Below, one piece after another: positions 36,476 to 46,826 of a stretch of DNA of 59,424 bases. Position 1 is the first letter of the stretch; every line of letters begins with the position of its first letter. The stretch spans positions 1-59,424 of IMG/VR virus record IMGVR_UViG_3300042879_001983. The stretch is one strand, 5' to 3'. The notes below the pieces were generated by a model that saw nothing but the letters and a program-made list of their open reading frames with translations, was not told the DNA's origin and ran no database searches. The DNA comes from a virus (lineage: Duplodnaviria > Caudoviricetes). Made by a program: the position numbers and the translations under genes.

Positions 36476-36994
36476 TTAGTTATTTATTATAGTCCAACCT
36501 TTTGTGTTCTTGCTTTTCTTTCCCAAAACCGCATCATAAGTTATTCCTATTTCTTTACAGAACTTTTTAACTCCACCTTCTACAATATGTTTTTTACCAT
36601 CTGGAGAAATGAAGATATATTTTTTTGCTTTTGGATTGTTTTTACCAGCAACTTTTAATGATGTTTTCTTTTTACTTTCTTCACTATGTTTTTTCCCACT
36701 AAATCCTCTGGTTTTTTGTCCTCCTGGTTTTCCTTCTCCACCAAGATTTTGGTTTAATAAAACTCCACCATCACACTCTCTTTTCCAAAGTGCTATATGT
36801 TTTATTTCAAGTTCTATTGCTTCTTCTTTAGTTAATCCAGATTTTACAATCCACCTTCTTTCTCTTGATGGTAATAAGTTTGCTCCATTACTCCTTAAAT
36901 GTTTTGCGTGTATTCTTCTTGGTTTTCCATAACCAACATAAAAGGGAGAACTAAAGTCCTCCCTCAAGTAATAGTAAAGAATATAGTTATTCAT
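36476..36994 (-). mobile_element. GIY-YIG/NUMOD3-type free-standing homing endonuclease gene
   Basis: YYY..PFYVGYG..RR, EAIELE, LLNQNLGGEG, GKKHSEESKKK; directly downstream of nrdB. Confidence 0.8.
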
Positions 36995-37050
36995 TTTAAG
37001 ACTGAAGTGGAGTTATATTTATTTATACAACATTCAACTTCAGTCTTAAA
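36995..37050 (-). promoter_or_regulatory. 14-bp inverted repeat enclosing a late promoter
   Basis: TTTAAGACTGAAGT/ACTTCAGTCTTAAA with TATAAATA at 37020-37027. Confidence 0.8.
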
Positions 37051-38238
37051 TCATAGTTTAAACCCACTAAATGTGTCTTTTTTTACATCTTGTTTGATTC
37101 CACCAATCACATAACTTTCGATTTCCGTTTCCTGGGGAGCAACCTGGAGACCTTTAGAGGAGATCCAATGCTGAGTCCAAGGAAGGGGATTATTGTTTGC
37201 TGAAATATCATATTGAGGTTTAAGTCCAATTGATTTTAATCTACGATTAGCAATCCATTCAACATATTGTTGTAAAAGTTTATCATTTAATCCAATCATG
37301 CTTCCATCTTTGAACAGATAATCTGCCCATTTCTTTTCTTCATTCACAGCACGATCAAACATTGCATAAACCCACTCTTCCTCCTCTTTTGCAATTTGCT
37401 TCATTTCTGGATCATCACCATCTCTCCACTTATTCAGAATATTCTGAGTAATTGCTAGGTGTTGATTTTCGTCTCTTGCGATGAGAGAGATGATCTTAGC
37501 TGATCCTTCCATAAGCTTAAGTTCACCGAAGGCGAAAGAACAAGCAAAACTAACGTAGAACCGAATACCTTCAAGAATGTTAACATTAGCGACTGCTCTG
37601 TAGAGTTTTCTTTTAACATCGTTGAGTGTTTCCTTTGCGTTTGTGACTCCTTCAAGTCTAAACATCCAATCTTTGGATGTACTATAAGATTGAGCGGATT
37701 GAATAAAGTCATCATATGATTCTGTAACGCTCCTAGAACGCTCTAGAATACGCTTATCATGGATGATAGTATCAAACACCTCAGATGGATCTGAATAAAC
37801 ATTTTTAATAATGTATGTGTATGAGCGTGAGTGAATCATTTCCATGAAACCCCACACTTCCATACATGCCTCCAGTTCTGGAAGGGAACAATAGGGAATA
37901 AACGCCATACCAGGACCACGACCTTGAACAGAGTCGAGCATAATCTGGTATTTTAAATTAGAAGTATAAATGTGTTTTTGTTCTGGGCGAAGAGTGTGAT
38001 AGTCTCCTCGGTCTTTTTGAAGAGATACCTCTTCAGGTCTCCAAAAATATCCGAGTTGTTGAGTTGTTAATTTATCAAAGATAGGATATTTGTACGAGTC
38101 ATATCTTTGAACTCCGAGCGGTTTTCCAAAAAACATTGGTTGCTTTTTGGTGTCCACTTTCTCAGTATTAAATACGGTCATCCCTTTAATTTGGGTCTGA
38201 TCTTCAGTTGAAGAAACTTTAAACTGCACAGGATTCAC
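37051..38238 (-). CDS. nrdB: Ribonucleotide reductase class Ia beta subunit
   Basis: FWRPEEV, EMIHSRSY, EGIRFY, DENQH. Confidence 0.98.
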   Translation of the reverse strand: MNPVQFKVSSTEDQTQIKGMTVFNTEKVDTKKQPMFFGKPLGVQRYDSYKYPIFDKLTTQQLGYFWRPEEVSLQKDRGDYHTLRPEQKHIYTSNLKYQIMLDSVQGRGPGMAFIPYCSLPELEACMEVWGFMEMIHSRSYTYIIKNVYSDPSEVFDTIIHDKRILERSRSVTESYDDFIQSAQSYSTSKDWMFRLEGVTNAKETLNDVKRKLYRAVANVNILEGIRFYVSFACSFAFGELKLMEGSAKIISLIARDENQHLAITQNILNKWRDGDDPEMKQIAKEEEEWVYAMFDRAVNEEKKWADYLFKDGSMIGLNDKLLQQYVEWIANRRLKSIGLKPQYDISANNNPLPWTQHWISSKGLQVAPQETEIESYVIGGIKQDVKKDTFSGFKL

Positions 38239-40516
38239 ACTCGCCCTCCTCTATTGAACTTAATTCACTTAGTAAATCTTGAAGATTGGGTTTCTCTTCT
38301 ACCACTTCATCAGTCTTAATATCGTAAGTATTTTGATAATAAGAAGTTTTCCACCCATACTTGTATGTAGTCAAGAAGTCATTCGCCATCACGCTAACAG
38401 GAACTTCATTATTTTCATAATTCTCTGGATTATAGGACCAGTTTCCAGAAATCGCTTGATCGAAGAATTTTTGCATAACAGCAACAATATTGATGTACCC
38501 GCGATTGCTAGGCATATCCCACAGAAGCGTATAATTGTTCTTAAGTGTTTGATACTGGGGGACAATCTGCTTAAGAGGTCCTTTCTTTGATTTCTTAATG
38601 GACAAGAATCCACGAGGCGGCTCGATTCCATTGGTTGCGTTTGACACAACGGAACTGCTCTCCGATGGCATCTGTGCGGACAGTGTTGAGTGCCTGAGAC
38701 CGTGAGCCAAGATGGATGCTCTAAGTGATTCCCAATCATGTTGTAGTGGAGTTGCTGAAATTTCGTCTACATCTTTTTTGTATGTATCAACGGGAAGAAT
38801 TCCGTCCGCATACTTAGTACGACCAAAGTAGTCACAATAACCCTTCTCTTTAGCAAGTTGATTAGATGCCTTCAAAAGATAAAACTGGAAAGATTCAGAA
38901 AGACCATGAACCGCATCCCACGCTTCTTGAGAGTCATACTTAAATCCAAGTTTCGCCAAATAGTGTGCTAATCCAATATACCCAATTCCAAGAGATCTCC
39001 TTGCCTTGGTAGCAAGTTCTGCTGCCGCAACAGGATACTTTTGATAATCAATTAGTTCTTCCAATCCACGAACAGAAAGATCACAAAGTTCTTCAAGTTC
39101 TTCATCAGACTTGACTTTACCAACATTAATTGCGGAGAGGATGCAAAGTGCAATTTCTCCATTTTCGTCATCAATATGTTGAATAGGATAAGTTGGTAGA
39201 GTAATTTCCTGACATAAGTTACTCATTTCAATTTTGTCTTTGAAAGATGAGTGAGAATTGCAGTGATCAATATTCATGATATAGATTCGACCAGTCTCAG
39301 CCCTCTCTTTTAAAAGACTGAGAATGAGTTCTTGAGCGCCAATAGTTTTTCTTGGAATAGACTCATTTCGTTCTGCAGCCAAATAAAGATCGTCAAATCC
39401 ATCAAGCCCAAAATTAGTACTAAGCTCAGGAACGTCGTGGGGACTAAAGAGTGAAATTTCTTCGTTGCGGATGAATCGTTCATAGAAGAGTTTGGAGATT
39501 TGGATACTGTAGTCTAACTTACGAACACGATTATCTTCAGTTCCCTTATTATTTTTCAATACTAAGATATCTTCTATTTCTTGGTGCCAGATAGGAAAGT
39601 GGACTGTAGCCGAACCACCTCGGATCCCGTTTTGAGTGCAGCATCGTACAGTTGCTTCAAACTTTTTAAGGAAGGGGACAACGCCTGTGTGTTGTACCTC
39701 TCCACCTCTGATTTTGCTGTTGATACCACGGATGCGACCTGCGTTGATACCGATGCCCGCCCTTTGTGCAACATATCTGCCGATAGCCATATCAGAACTA
39801 AAGATGCTATCGAGGGTGTCATCAACATCAACAAGAACACAGCTAGCAAATTGTCGAAGTGGAGTTCGCACTCCCGCCATGATAGGTGTGGGAATGTTGA
39901 TTTTGTGTTTGGAGATTGCGTCATAATACTTTTTGACGTATGAAAGTCTAGTTTCTTTGGGGTATTCCGCAAAAATAGTTAATGCAATCATCATGTACAT
40001 GAACTGAGGAGTTTCATATACTTTTCCAGAACTTCTATCTTGAACAAGATACTTATCAACTACTTGTCGAAGTCCAGCATAGGTAAACAGAAAATCACGA
40101 TCATGATCAATAAATGTATTTACCTTATCAATTTCTTCTTTTGAATATTTGTTAAAAATATCATTATCATATATTTCTCTTTGAACACAATTAATGATGT
40201 GTTCTTCCAGGTGAGGAAGTTCGATCATTTTTCCAAATAAACTTTTACGAAGAGCAAATAACAAGAGTCTTGCTGCAACATATTGATAATTTGGATGGTC
40301 CAAGTCAATTAAATCTGAAGCCGAACGAATCAGAATTTCCTGAATCTCTGCTGTGGTAATTCCATCATAAAATTGAATGCCCGAAGTCATCTCAACTTGA
40401 CTCGCAGAGACGCCTGCAAGACCCCTACATGCCTCCTCAACCATCAGATGCATCTTATCCAGGTCAAGGGACTCAATTCGCCCATCACGCTTTTTTACTT
40501 TGGTTCCGTTGCTCAT
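38219..40516 (-). CDS. nrdA: Ribonucleotide reductase class Ia alpha subunit
   Basis: ATP cone, SNLCQEI, KTSYY, C-terminal CESC. Confidence 0.98.
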   Translation of the reverse strand: MSNGTKVKKRDGRIESLDLDKMHLMVEEACRGLAGVSASQVEMTSGIQFYDGITTAEIQEILIRSASDLIDLDHPNYQYVAARLLLFALRKSLFGKMIELPHLEEHIINCVQREIYDNDIFNKYSKEEIDKVNTFIDHDRDFLFTYAGLRQVVDKYLVQDRSSGKVYETPQFMYMMIALTIFAEYPKETRLSYVKKYYDAISKHKINIPTPIMAGVRTPLRQFASCVLVDVDDTLDSIFSSDMAIGRYVAQRAGIGINAGRIRGINSKIRGGEVQHTGVVPFLKKFEATVRCCTQNGIRGGSATVHFPIWHQEIEDILVLKNNKGTEDNRVRKLDYSIQISKLFYERFIRNEEISLFSPHDVPELSTNFGLDGFDDLYLAAERNESIPRKTIGAQELILSLLKERAETGRIYIMNIDHCNSHSSFKDKIEMSNLCQEITLPTYPIQHIDDENGEIALCILSAINVGKVKSDEELEELCDLSVRGLEELIDYQKYPVAAAELATKARRSLGIGYIGLAHYLAKLGFKYDSQEAWDAVHGLSESFQFYLLKASNQLAKEKGYCDYFGRTKYADGILPVDTYKKDVDEISATPLQHDWESLRASILAHGLRHSTLSAQMPSESSSVVSNATNGIEPPRGFLSIKKSKKGPLKQIVPQYQTLKNNYTLLWDMPSNRGYINIVAVMQKFFDQAISGNWSYNPENYENNEVPVSVMANDFLTTYKYGWKTSYYQNTYDIKTDEVVEEKPNLQDLLSELSSIEEGECESCAV

Positions 40517-41481
40517 ATTTTCTTCCAAGTAGTAAATTTTAGTTTTGCTTCTAATCCAGAATATGTGTTTGATTCTATCACAGACTGAACATTCAGTCCA
40601 GATAGCATCATTTCATTAATGTCTTTTTGTTGAATGTTTGAAGGCCAAATTACGACCTTATCTCCTTTACTAATGCAGTGTTCGATTCGGCGGTGGATTT
40701 CTGCATTACGTGGTTCGTTATCATAGATCCACACACAATCGCTAATACCCCACTTACTAATATCACCGTCAGCTCCGCAAAGAGCAATCGCGTTGCGAAC
40801 GAAAGTTGAATCGAAGGGTCCTTCTGTGACGTAGACAGTTTGATCTTTTTGTACTTCATCGAGACCATAAATTTTTGGGGCATTATCATCAAGCATTATG
40901 GTAATGTATTTAACCTTGTTTGGTCCAAGAGATCTTCCCTGAAATCCGACTAACGTATTTTGATAAAACAAAGGAATAATTATCCTAGGTTCATCTTTAC
41001 TAGTGCTGTCGAATGTTGGTTGAAGAGAGTTGGTCCACTCTTTAAATTTGTCGGTATAATAAAATTTATCTGGATTTAATTTTCTATTTTCAAGATATTT
41101 TTTTGCATCCAGATTTTCAGATGCTTTGGGCAAATTTAGTTTAGGTTTAAACTTAGGTTCCTCAAAATTAAATTCAGGGTCCTCTACAGTAAAGTTTCTA
41201 CCAGTATGACCCTCTTTAAATTTCTCAAACGTATATTGTTTGTGAATATTAGCATCAATACTTTTTAAAAAATTATTGAAAGAAACATTAATTCCGCAAT
41301 TATGGCACTTAAAGTTGGTGTTGCTTTTAACTTGATACAGATATCCCCTTGCTTTATTTTTATTCTTTTGAGAATCTCCACAAATTGGGCAGCGAAAATT
41401 GTAAAGACTCGTCTTAATTCTTTTAAATTTTTGAAGTCTATGAGAAATCAAATTGATGTATTTAACATCAACAAAGTCCAT
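40513..41481 (-). CDS. g61: DNA primase (T4 gp61)
   Basis: RCPICGDS..CHNC; EGPFDS; DNEPRN. Confidence 0.97.
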   Translation of the reverse strand: MDFVDVKYINLISHRLQKFKRIKTSLYNFRCPICGDSQKNKNKARGYLYQVKSNTNFKCHNCGINVSFNNFLKSIDANIHKQYTFEKFKEGHTGRNFTVEDPEFNFEEPKFKPKLNLPKASENLDAKKYLENRKLNPDKFYYTDKFKEWTNSLQPTFDSTSKDEPRIIIPLFYQNTLVGFQGRSLGPNKVKYITIMLDDNAPKIYGLDEVQKDQTVYVTEGPFDSTFVRNAIALCGADGDISKWGISDCVWIYDNEPRNAEIHRRIEHCISKGDKVVIWPSNIQQKDINEMMLSGLNVQSVIESNTYSGLEAKLKFTTWKKI

Positions 41482-41665
41482 AATAATTCGTACAGATATT
41501 TACTACTCTAGCAAAAAATACTGGTATCGTCAACGACTGTATTCACGGCAAGCACTTGCTAAGATTCCAGTCCATTTTACAACAGAGTTGGTGAACTTTT
41601 GAAGTTTATATAGGGTTACAGGTTTGTCTTTAGTTTTCATTGTGGCTATTAAGCCAACTCTAAAC

Positions 41666-42013
41666 TTATTTATTTTTAACTTGTTCTGAGAATGAATTTA
41701 AAGAAGTCTGTATAAAATCTGTTACAAATGGAACAAACAATAGAGTAATAGCAACTACTCCAGCAACCATCCATCTAAATTTTGAAAGTTCATCAACTTT
41801 TACTTCAAGTTTTCCAAGTTTTTCATTTGTATCTTCATCACTTCTAGCGCAATTAACTATTCTTTCATCATGCACTGCGAGCATTTTACAAATGTTTTGA
41901 TTAGTTTCACTTAGGGTTTGAATGGCGGCATCTACGCGCTCTACCATTTCTTCATGAATTTTTACTCTTTCTTCAAGAACTGCAACTTTAATTTTTGATT
42001 CTTGACCAAACAT
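41666..42013 (-). CDS. Coiled-coil protein with C-terminal TM segment
   Basis: LAVHDERI; terminal hydrophobic helix. Confidence 0.75.
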   Translation of the reverse strand: MFGQESKIKVAVLEERVKIHEEMVERVDAAIQTLSETNQNICKMLAVHDERIVNCARSDEDTNEKLGKLEVKVDELSKFRWMVAGVVAITLLFVPFVTDFIQTSLNSFSEQVKNK

Positions 42014-42018
42014 GACCC

Positions 42019-42237
42019 TTACCTGTTTTGTTTTTTGGGATCCCAACGATTTCGGGAATTTTTTCCAAGACCAATTATCTTTTTTCTTCTAGAAGAACCG
42101 ATAACGGGATCAAAACCAGCAACTGGACCCTTTGGATCTGCTGCATTTGTAAATCCACCTGCACCTACGACCATTCCACCTTCCTCTTTAAGAGTGCGAA
42201 CTATAGAAATAATCCAATCAAGCTTTGTGTTTTCCAT
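42019..42237 (-). CDS. Hypothetical protein
   Basis: 72-aa ORF. Confidence 0.7.
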   Translation of the reverse strand: MENTKLDWIISIVRTLKEEGGMVVGAGGFTNAADPKGPVAGFDPVIGSSRRKKIIGLGKNSRNRWDPKKQNR

Positions 42238-42610
42238 TGAAAATTTTCTGAAGTTCGTGCAAACAGTTCATATCCACAGGTATATCATGTATATAACATT
42301 TTGGATATTCTGGGAGTTTTCCCAGAAACATAATAAAAGTTTTCATCACCGACCATAAATCTTTTTCTATCTTAAAAAAAAGCATCGGAGTCGTTGCTTC
42401 GCCAAAGATATTGTATAGAACAATAAAATGATTAAGTAGAAGGTGAGTTTTTAACTCACCCGTACTTTTATATCGTTTCAATAGTCTTTTGATATATTTA
42501 AAATAATTTAAATCTTTATCAAAATCTTCCTTCGTAACCGCTTGAGGATTTTCATAATTTTTAATCGCAAAAAGAAGGAAATTATCATTCGTCAATTCAT
42601 TAAAAATCAT
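42218..42610 (-). CDS. Conserved T4-like hypothetical protein
   Basis: FAIKNYENP, FKYIKRLL, LLNHFIVLYNIFG. Confidence 0.8.
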   Translation of the reverse strand: MIFNELTNDNFLLFAIKNYENPQAVTKEDFDKDLNYFKYIKRLLKRYKSTGELKTHLLLNHFIVLYNIFGEATTPMLFFKIEKDLWSVMKTFIMFLGKLPEYPKCYIHDIPVDMNCLHELQKIFNGKHKA

Positions 42611-42616
42611 ATTCTA

Positions 42617-43495
42617 TCAAACGGTAGTTACTCCTAGTGTTGCAGCATTTGAAGCAACTATACGTGCTCCAGTTGCGGAGAGAAGTACACGATACTGGTA
42701 ACCATTCTTAACAGCGTTGGTATTAGCAACACTAACTGTTGCAGTCGTTGTATTGCTATAATCACCACCGTTAGAAAGATCGGACCAGGATGTTCCACTA
42801 TTAGTAGATACCTGCCAGAGGTAGCTAAGTGCTGAAGCATTTCCTGGGGGATCAGAAATAGCAGCAACTGTAAAGGTAAGCGTAGTTGTAGCAACACCAA
42901 CAGCATTAGATGGTTGAGTATTGATTGTAATCTTCACATCCTGAAGTGTAGCATCATCCGCTGCATCACCAGCAGCAGTAACAATGTCCTCATAATCAGT
43001 TGCTGTTGCAGTATTGATATAATCCGCAGTTCCTGTGGAAATACCAGACATCGCTACAAGAGTTTCAGTCTTTACTCTCAGATTTCCATCAGTATCAACA
43101 TAAGTCTTAATTCCAACCCAACCAGCATGAGTTAGAGCGTATTGAGTTCCAGTATTTGCGTCTACTTCAATATTGCTGTCTGCTCCAAAAATCTGCGCGT
43201 CGGTATAATTAGAATCAAGTAGTGCATACTTAGGCATCTGAGAAATTGTATATACACTTACTGCAGAAATTGCTTCACCATTTAAGGTATCAGTTGAAGC
43301 AATTGAAATCACAGTATTTGAAGTAATTCCTGAGATTACTGCAGAACCAAAAGTCTTTCCAGTTCCAATGCTGATAACATCACCTTCAGATGCAGAGGTG
43401 AATGAAGTACCAGTACCAGTAATTGTTTTATTTTCATAATTTACGGTTACGGAACCAGGAGAATAAATGTCGTCCGCTTTGCCCCAGAGTGCCAT
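42617..43495 (-). CDS. Virion structural protein with C-terminal Ig-like domain
   Basis: Thr/Ser-rich; TQPS..SYLWQ..NGYQYRV; TATAAATA at 43530-43537. Confidence 0.7.
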   Translation of the reverse strand: MALWGKADDIYSPGSVTVNYENKTITGTGTSFTSASEGDVISIGTGKTFGSAVISGITSNTVISIASTDTLNGEAISAVSVYTISQMPKYALLDSNYTDAQIFGADSNIEVDANTGTQYALTHAGWVGIKTYVDTDGNLRVKTETLVAMSGISTGTADYINTATATDYEDIVTAAGDAADDATLQDVKITINTQPSNAVGVATTTLTFTVAAISDPPGNASALSYLWQVSTNSGTSWSDLSNGGDYSNTTTATVSVANTNAVKNGYQYRVLLSATGARIVASNAATLGVTTV

Positions 43496-43587
43496 TTTGT
43501 TTACCCTACACGAATAGTTAATCTAAGAATATTTATAAAAAAGGAGAAGTTCTCACTTCTCCTAGAAATGCATTTTTATTTTTTAGT

Positions 43588-43767
43588 TCAAGGAGTTAAA
43601 TCTGTAGCGCCTTTCTTCTTAAGTGCTGCTTGAGCTTGAATAAGAATGAGTGAAAGAATACCGTTTGATTTTACCTTTGGGTTTGCTCCCAATGCCTCTG
43701 AAACTGCAAACAGAACTGTTGCAATCAGAGCCTGATTAGCAAGACACCAAGCGACTAGTGCAGACAT
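43588..43767 (-). CDS. 59-aa hydrophobic protein
   Basis: MSALVAWCLANQALIATVLFAVSEALG..KSNGI; GGAGG RBS. Confidence 0.65.
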   Translation of the reverse strand: MSALVAWCLANQALIATVLFAVSEALGANPKVKSNGILSLILIQAQAALKKKGATDLTP

Positions 43768-43805
43768 AATGACCTCCGTGTGAAGAGTATCCTGTCCTAT
43801 TTAGA

Positions 43806-45596
43806 TCAATCAAACCTTGAATGCATCATGTCCTGTGATCTTTGAGCAGCAGCACGACGTTTTGCAACTTTTTGAGCAGGAGATGCTGGAGCGCCATATT
43901 CACCCGCTACAGGTGGTTTTTTACCCTTCTCCTTTTTCTGTTGACCTACTGGTGTTCCTGATTGTTTACGCATTGACTGTCTAACCGATCTCATCACAGG
44001 ATCAGTTTCTCCACCTTTTTTTGTAGGGCGACCTTTAGGCATATTCAGAGAACCAGAAGATTTACCAGTTTCTTTTTCATAACGATTAAGTTCATCTAGG
44101 TGAAACTCTTCGGTTGCATGAGTATCAACTGGAAGTTTTCCTTGTTTTTGAAGTGCAAGTTCTTGATTTTGAAGTTGACGCTTCTTCATAATCATAGTTC
44201 TCAACTGTTGAACTTGTTGCTTTCTTTGAGCATCCTGTGCAGTTGACTGAGTTTTTGAAGTTGATTTTGTAGACCCAGTTGGTTGTTTTGTTACTCCAGT
44301 ATTTGATGGGAGATTTTGCTCAACAAATTCAATTTCTTCGTTTGCCTTCTTCATCTTAGCAGGACTTGCTGGATGAGTGTCTTTGTAGAAAGTTGAAGAT
44401 CTTGATGCTTTAGCAGCATCCTGTTTTTCTCTCTTTGCCTTTTCAGATGCATGGAACATCTTACTGAAACGAGTGGTATTTTTCTTTTCAGAATCACTTA
44501 CTTGAGGAGAAGGTACATTCTTAGTCTCTCTACCATAGACAGAACCTTTTCTTGCCTTTTCCATTTGCTTTGCAACTTTCTTTGCGGGGAAAGTTTGCTT
44601 TGCCTCTTCAATTTCAAAGTCCTCTTTATTATATTGCTTCCAAGCAGTAGCATAAGCAATTGACTTTTCTTTCTTAGTTAGTTTTCCATCTTTAGCATAT
44701 CCTTTCTTAATATGCTTAACCATACGCTCTGCTTTAGCAGATGGTGGGGATACTTCATCAAGTTGAACTTCTTCGACTTCAAGTAATTCTCCACCAAGAT
44801 TTTCAACTGCTTCTTTTAATGGTGGGTTAATTGTAATTTTATTTTTTACATTTTTCTCTTTAATCTTTTTTCCGTTTTCACTTTTAATTTCATCAACAAT
44901 CTCAACTAAATCCTGTCTCCAGTTTGAAAAACCTTCCTTTACGCTTGAAGTATCCTGACCATCTGCCTTTCCACCTTTCTTACGCTGAATAGCGTTATGG
45001 ACTGCACCGCGATACTCTTTAGCACCGCTTTCTACTTTACCATCACCATCATAATCCTTTTTAGAAAGACCTTTACCCGATTTAACTGCTGCGGTTTGCT
45101 CACCTTTTCTCTTTTCACCCTCATAAGGTGATCCATATTTCGTCATTTCAACTGAAGAAATATTTGGATTTGCACGAAGTTGATTGATCTTTTCACGGGT
45201 AGCCATACGAACATATGACTTACCAGAATTTTTATCAGTTACGCGAACTTGAAACTTTTTCTCTTCTACTTCTTCAACAACTCTTTCTTCACCAAGTTTT
45301 GATTTAACTTCAGATTTTTCTGGACCAGTCATGGTCGTATGCGACATGTACTGGTTATATGCTTGTTGAACTGGAATTTCTTCTCTACGTGCTCTATAGC
45401 GAATATCATAAACTGCCTGACGAACTCTCTTTGCAGAACCTGCAGAAGCATCACCTTCTTTCTTTTCTCCACCTTCAGCAGATGGTTTTTCTCCACCTTC
45501 CTTTTTTGCAGGTGCTGCTGCGCCTTTACCCAGTTGAGGTTTTAATACCTCCTTCAGATAAACAGAGGAGATATCGTTAAGAGGATTCATCGACAT
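43806..45596 (-). CDS. Large Lys/Glu-rich hypothetical protein
   Basis: 596 aa; repeated L/I-x-E sites; DYDGDG motif. Confidence 0.8.
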   Translation of the reverse strand: MSMNPLNDISSVYLKEVLKPQLGKGAAAPAKKEGGEKPSAEGGEKKEGDASAGSAKRVRQAVYDIRYRARREEIPVQQAYNQYMSHTTMTGPEKSEVKSKLGEERVVEEVEEKKFQVRVTDKNSGKSYVRMATREKINQLRANPNISSVEMTKYGSPYEGEKRKGEQTAAVKSGKGLSKKDYDGDGKVESGAKEYRGAVHNAIQRKKGGKADGQDTSSVKEGFSNWRQDLVEIVDEIKSENGKKIKEKNVKNKITINPPLKEAVENLGGELLEVEEVQLDEVSPPSAKAERMVKHIKKGYAKDGKLTKKEKSIAYATAWKQYNKEDFEIEEAKQTFPAKKVAKQMEKARKGSVYGRETKNVPSPQVSDSEKKNTTRFSKMFHASEKAKREKQDAAKASRSSTFYKDTHPASPAKMKKANEEIEFVEQNLPSNTGVTKQPTGSTKSTSKTQSTAQDAQRKQQVQQLRTMIMKKRQLQNQELALQKQGKLPVDTHATEEFHLDELNRYEKETGKSSGSLNMPKGRPTKKGGETDPVMRSVRQSMRKQSGTPVGQQKKEKGKKPPVAGEYGAPASPAQKVAKRRAAAQRSQDMMHSRFD

Positions 45597-45610
45597 TTTA
45601 ATACTGTTAC

Positions 45611-46792
45611 TTACTTTTTTGCCTTATACTTATTTATGAAATTTTTGATTTCTTTAGTTCCAGTCATTTTCATAACATATTCTCTATGAGAATCTGTCCC
45701 AACCAACCTTTTTTCTGCAGGAACTCCAGAAACTTCAGTCCATTCTTTTACATCCCTAATCCAAGATTTGAACATAATATTGTCTTCAGTTACACAAATC
45801 AAGTAATTTGTACCTCTGCGAATAATACGGCCGATCAATCCAGTGTTTAAATTTTCTACAAGTTGTCCAATATTAAATATATTTTCAGTTACATAATTTT
45901 CTCTGAGATTTATCCAATCAAACTTAGGAGCAATTTCCCAAAGACTCCAACCTTCTTTAATTTTCATACTCTTACGAAGAGTATTATAGAGTTGTTTGGT
46001 TGCCTTATCGTCTAAGGTTTTCGGTACACCAGATCTAAATGAAGCAAAATCTCCCTCAGCTGCTGCTTTGCGAAGTTTAGATGCAGACATTCCCTCTACA
46101 CCTTCTGCATCGGGATCTCTTTCTCCAGCAGAAACTACATTAATATCTTTGAAGTCATATAGTTCTCCATTATATTGTTTTGAAAGTTTTTCAAATTCTG
46201 CTTGACGATCTGCGCCAACAACAATGTTTACGCCAGAATATCCATCCGCATGTGCTTGTTTTAATACATCAAAAATTGTTTTTGAATTTGCATCGTTTAC
46301 AATCCTTTCACCATGCTTAGGATACATTTGACGCATAACAGAAATTTTAGTATCTGGATCTAATGGATTTTTCTTTGGGTCATTAGATCTTGATGGATAA
46401 ATTCTGTAGTCTCCTTTTCCAGCAACCTTTGCAACATGATTTAAAAGTTTTTCATGGCCAACAGTTGGTGGATTAAATCTACCAAAAGCAACTGTTAGAG
46501 TTCCTCTATCTTCTACTTGTTCTGGTTCTTGTTGATCTTGCTGCTGAGGTTGTTGTGTTTGAGTCGCAACAGGAGATTGATTTGCTTGAGTTCTTTGTTG
46601 TGGAGGATCTTGTCTTCCAGGTGTTTGATTTTGATTATAAAACTTCAGTTTACCATTAACTGTTTTCGCAGTAAATTCTCCATTTTTATCATACCACCCA
46701 CCGTGTCCATCTCCAGTCAAACCAAGACGTTTCGCTTGAGTTACAGCAAGCGACTCTTTTGCCTCAGATAGAAATCTTGAAAAACTTTTCAT
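45611..46792 (-). CDS. Cytidyltransferase-like HIGH-superfamily nucleotidyltransferase
   Basis: FGRFNPPTVGH, VVGADR, MSASKLR. Confidence 0.88.
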   Translation of the reverse strand: MKSFSRFLSEAKESLAVTQAKRLGLTGDGHGGWYDKNGEFTAKTVNGKLKFYNQNQTPGRQDPPQQRTQANQSPVATQTQQPQQQDQQEPEQVEDRGTLTVAFGRFNPPTVGHEKLLNHVAKVAGKGDYRIYPSRSNDPKKNPLDPDTKISVMRQMYPKHGERIVNDANSKTIFDVLKQAHADGYSGVNIVVGADRQAEFEKLSKQYNGELYDFKDINVVSAGERDPDAEGVEGMSASKLRKAAAEGDFASFRSGVPKTLDDKATKQLYNTLRKSMKIKEGWSLWEIAPKFDWINLRENYVTENIFNIGQLVENLNTGLIGRIIRRGTNYLICVTEDNIMFKSWIRDVKEWTEVSGVPAEKRLVGTDSHREYVMKMTGTKEIKNFINKYKAKK

Positions 46793-46826
46793 ATTTTGTG
46801 TTGATATACCTATATTTATTAACTAC

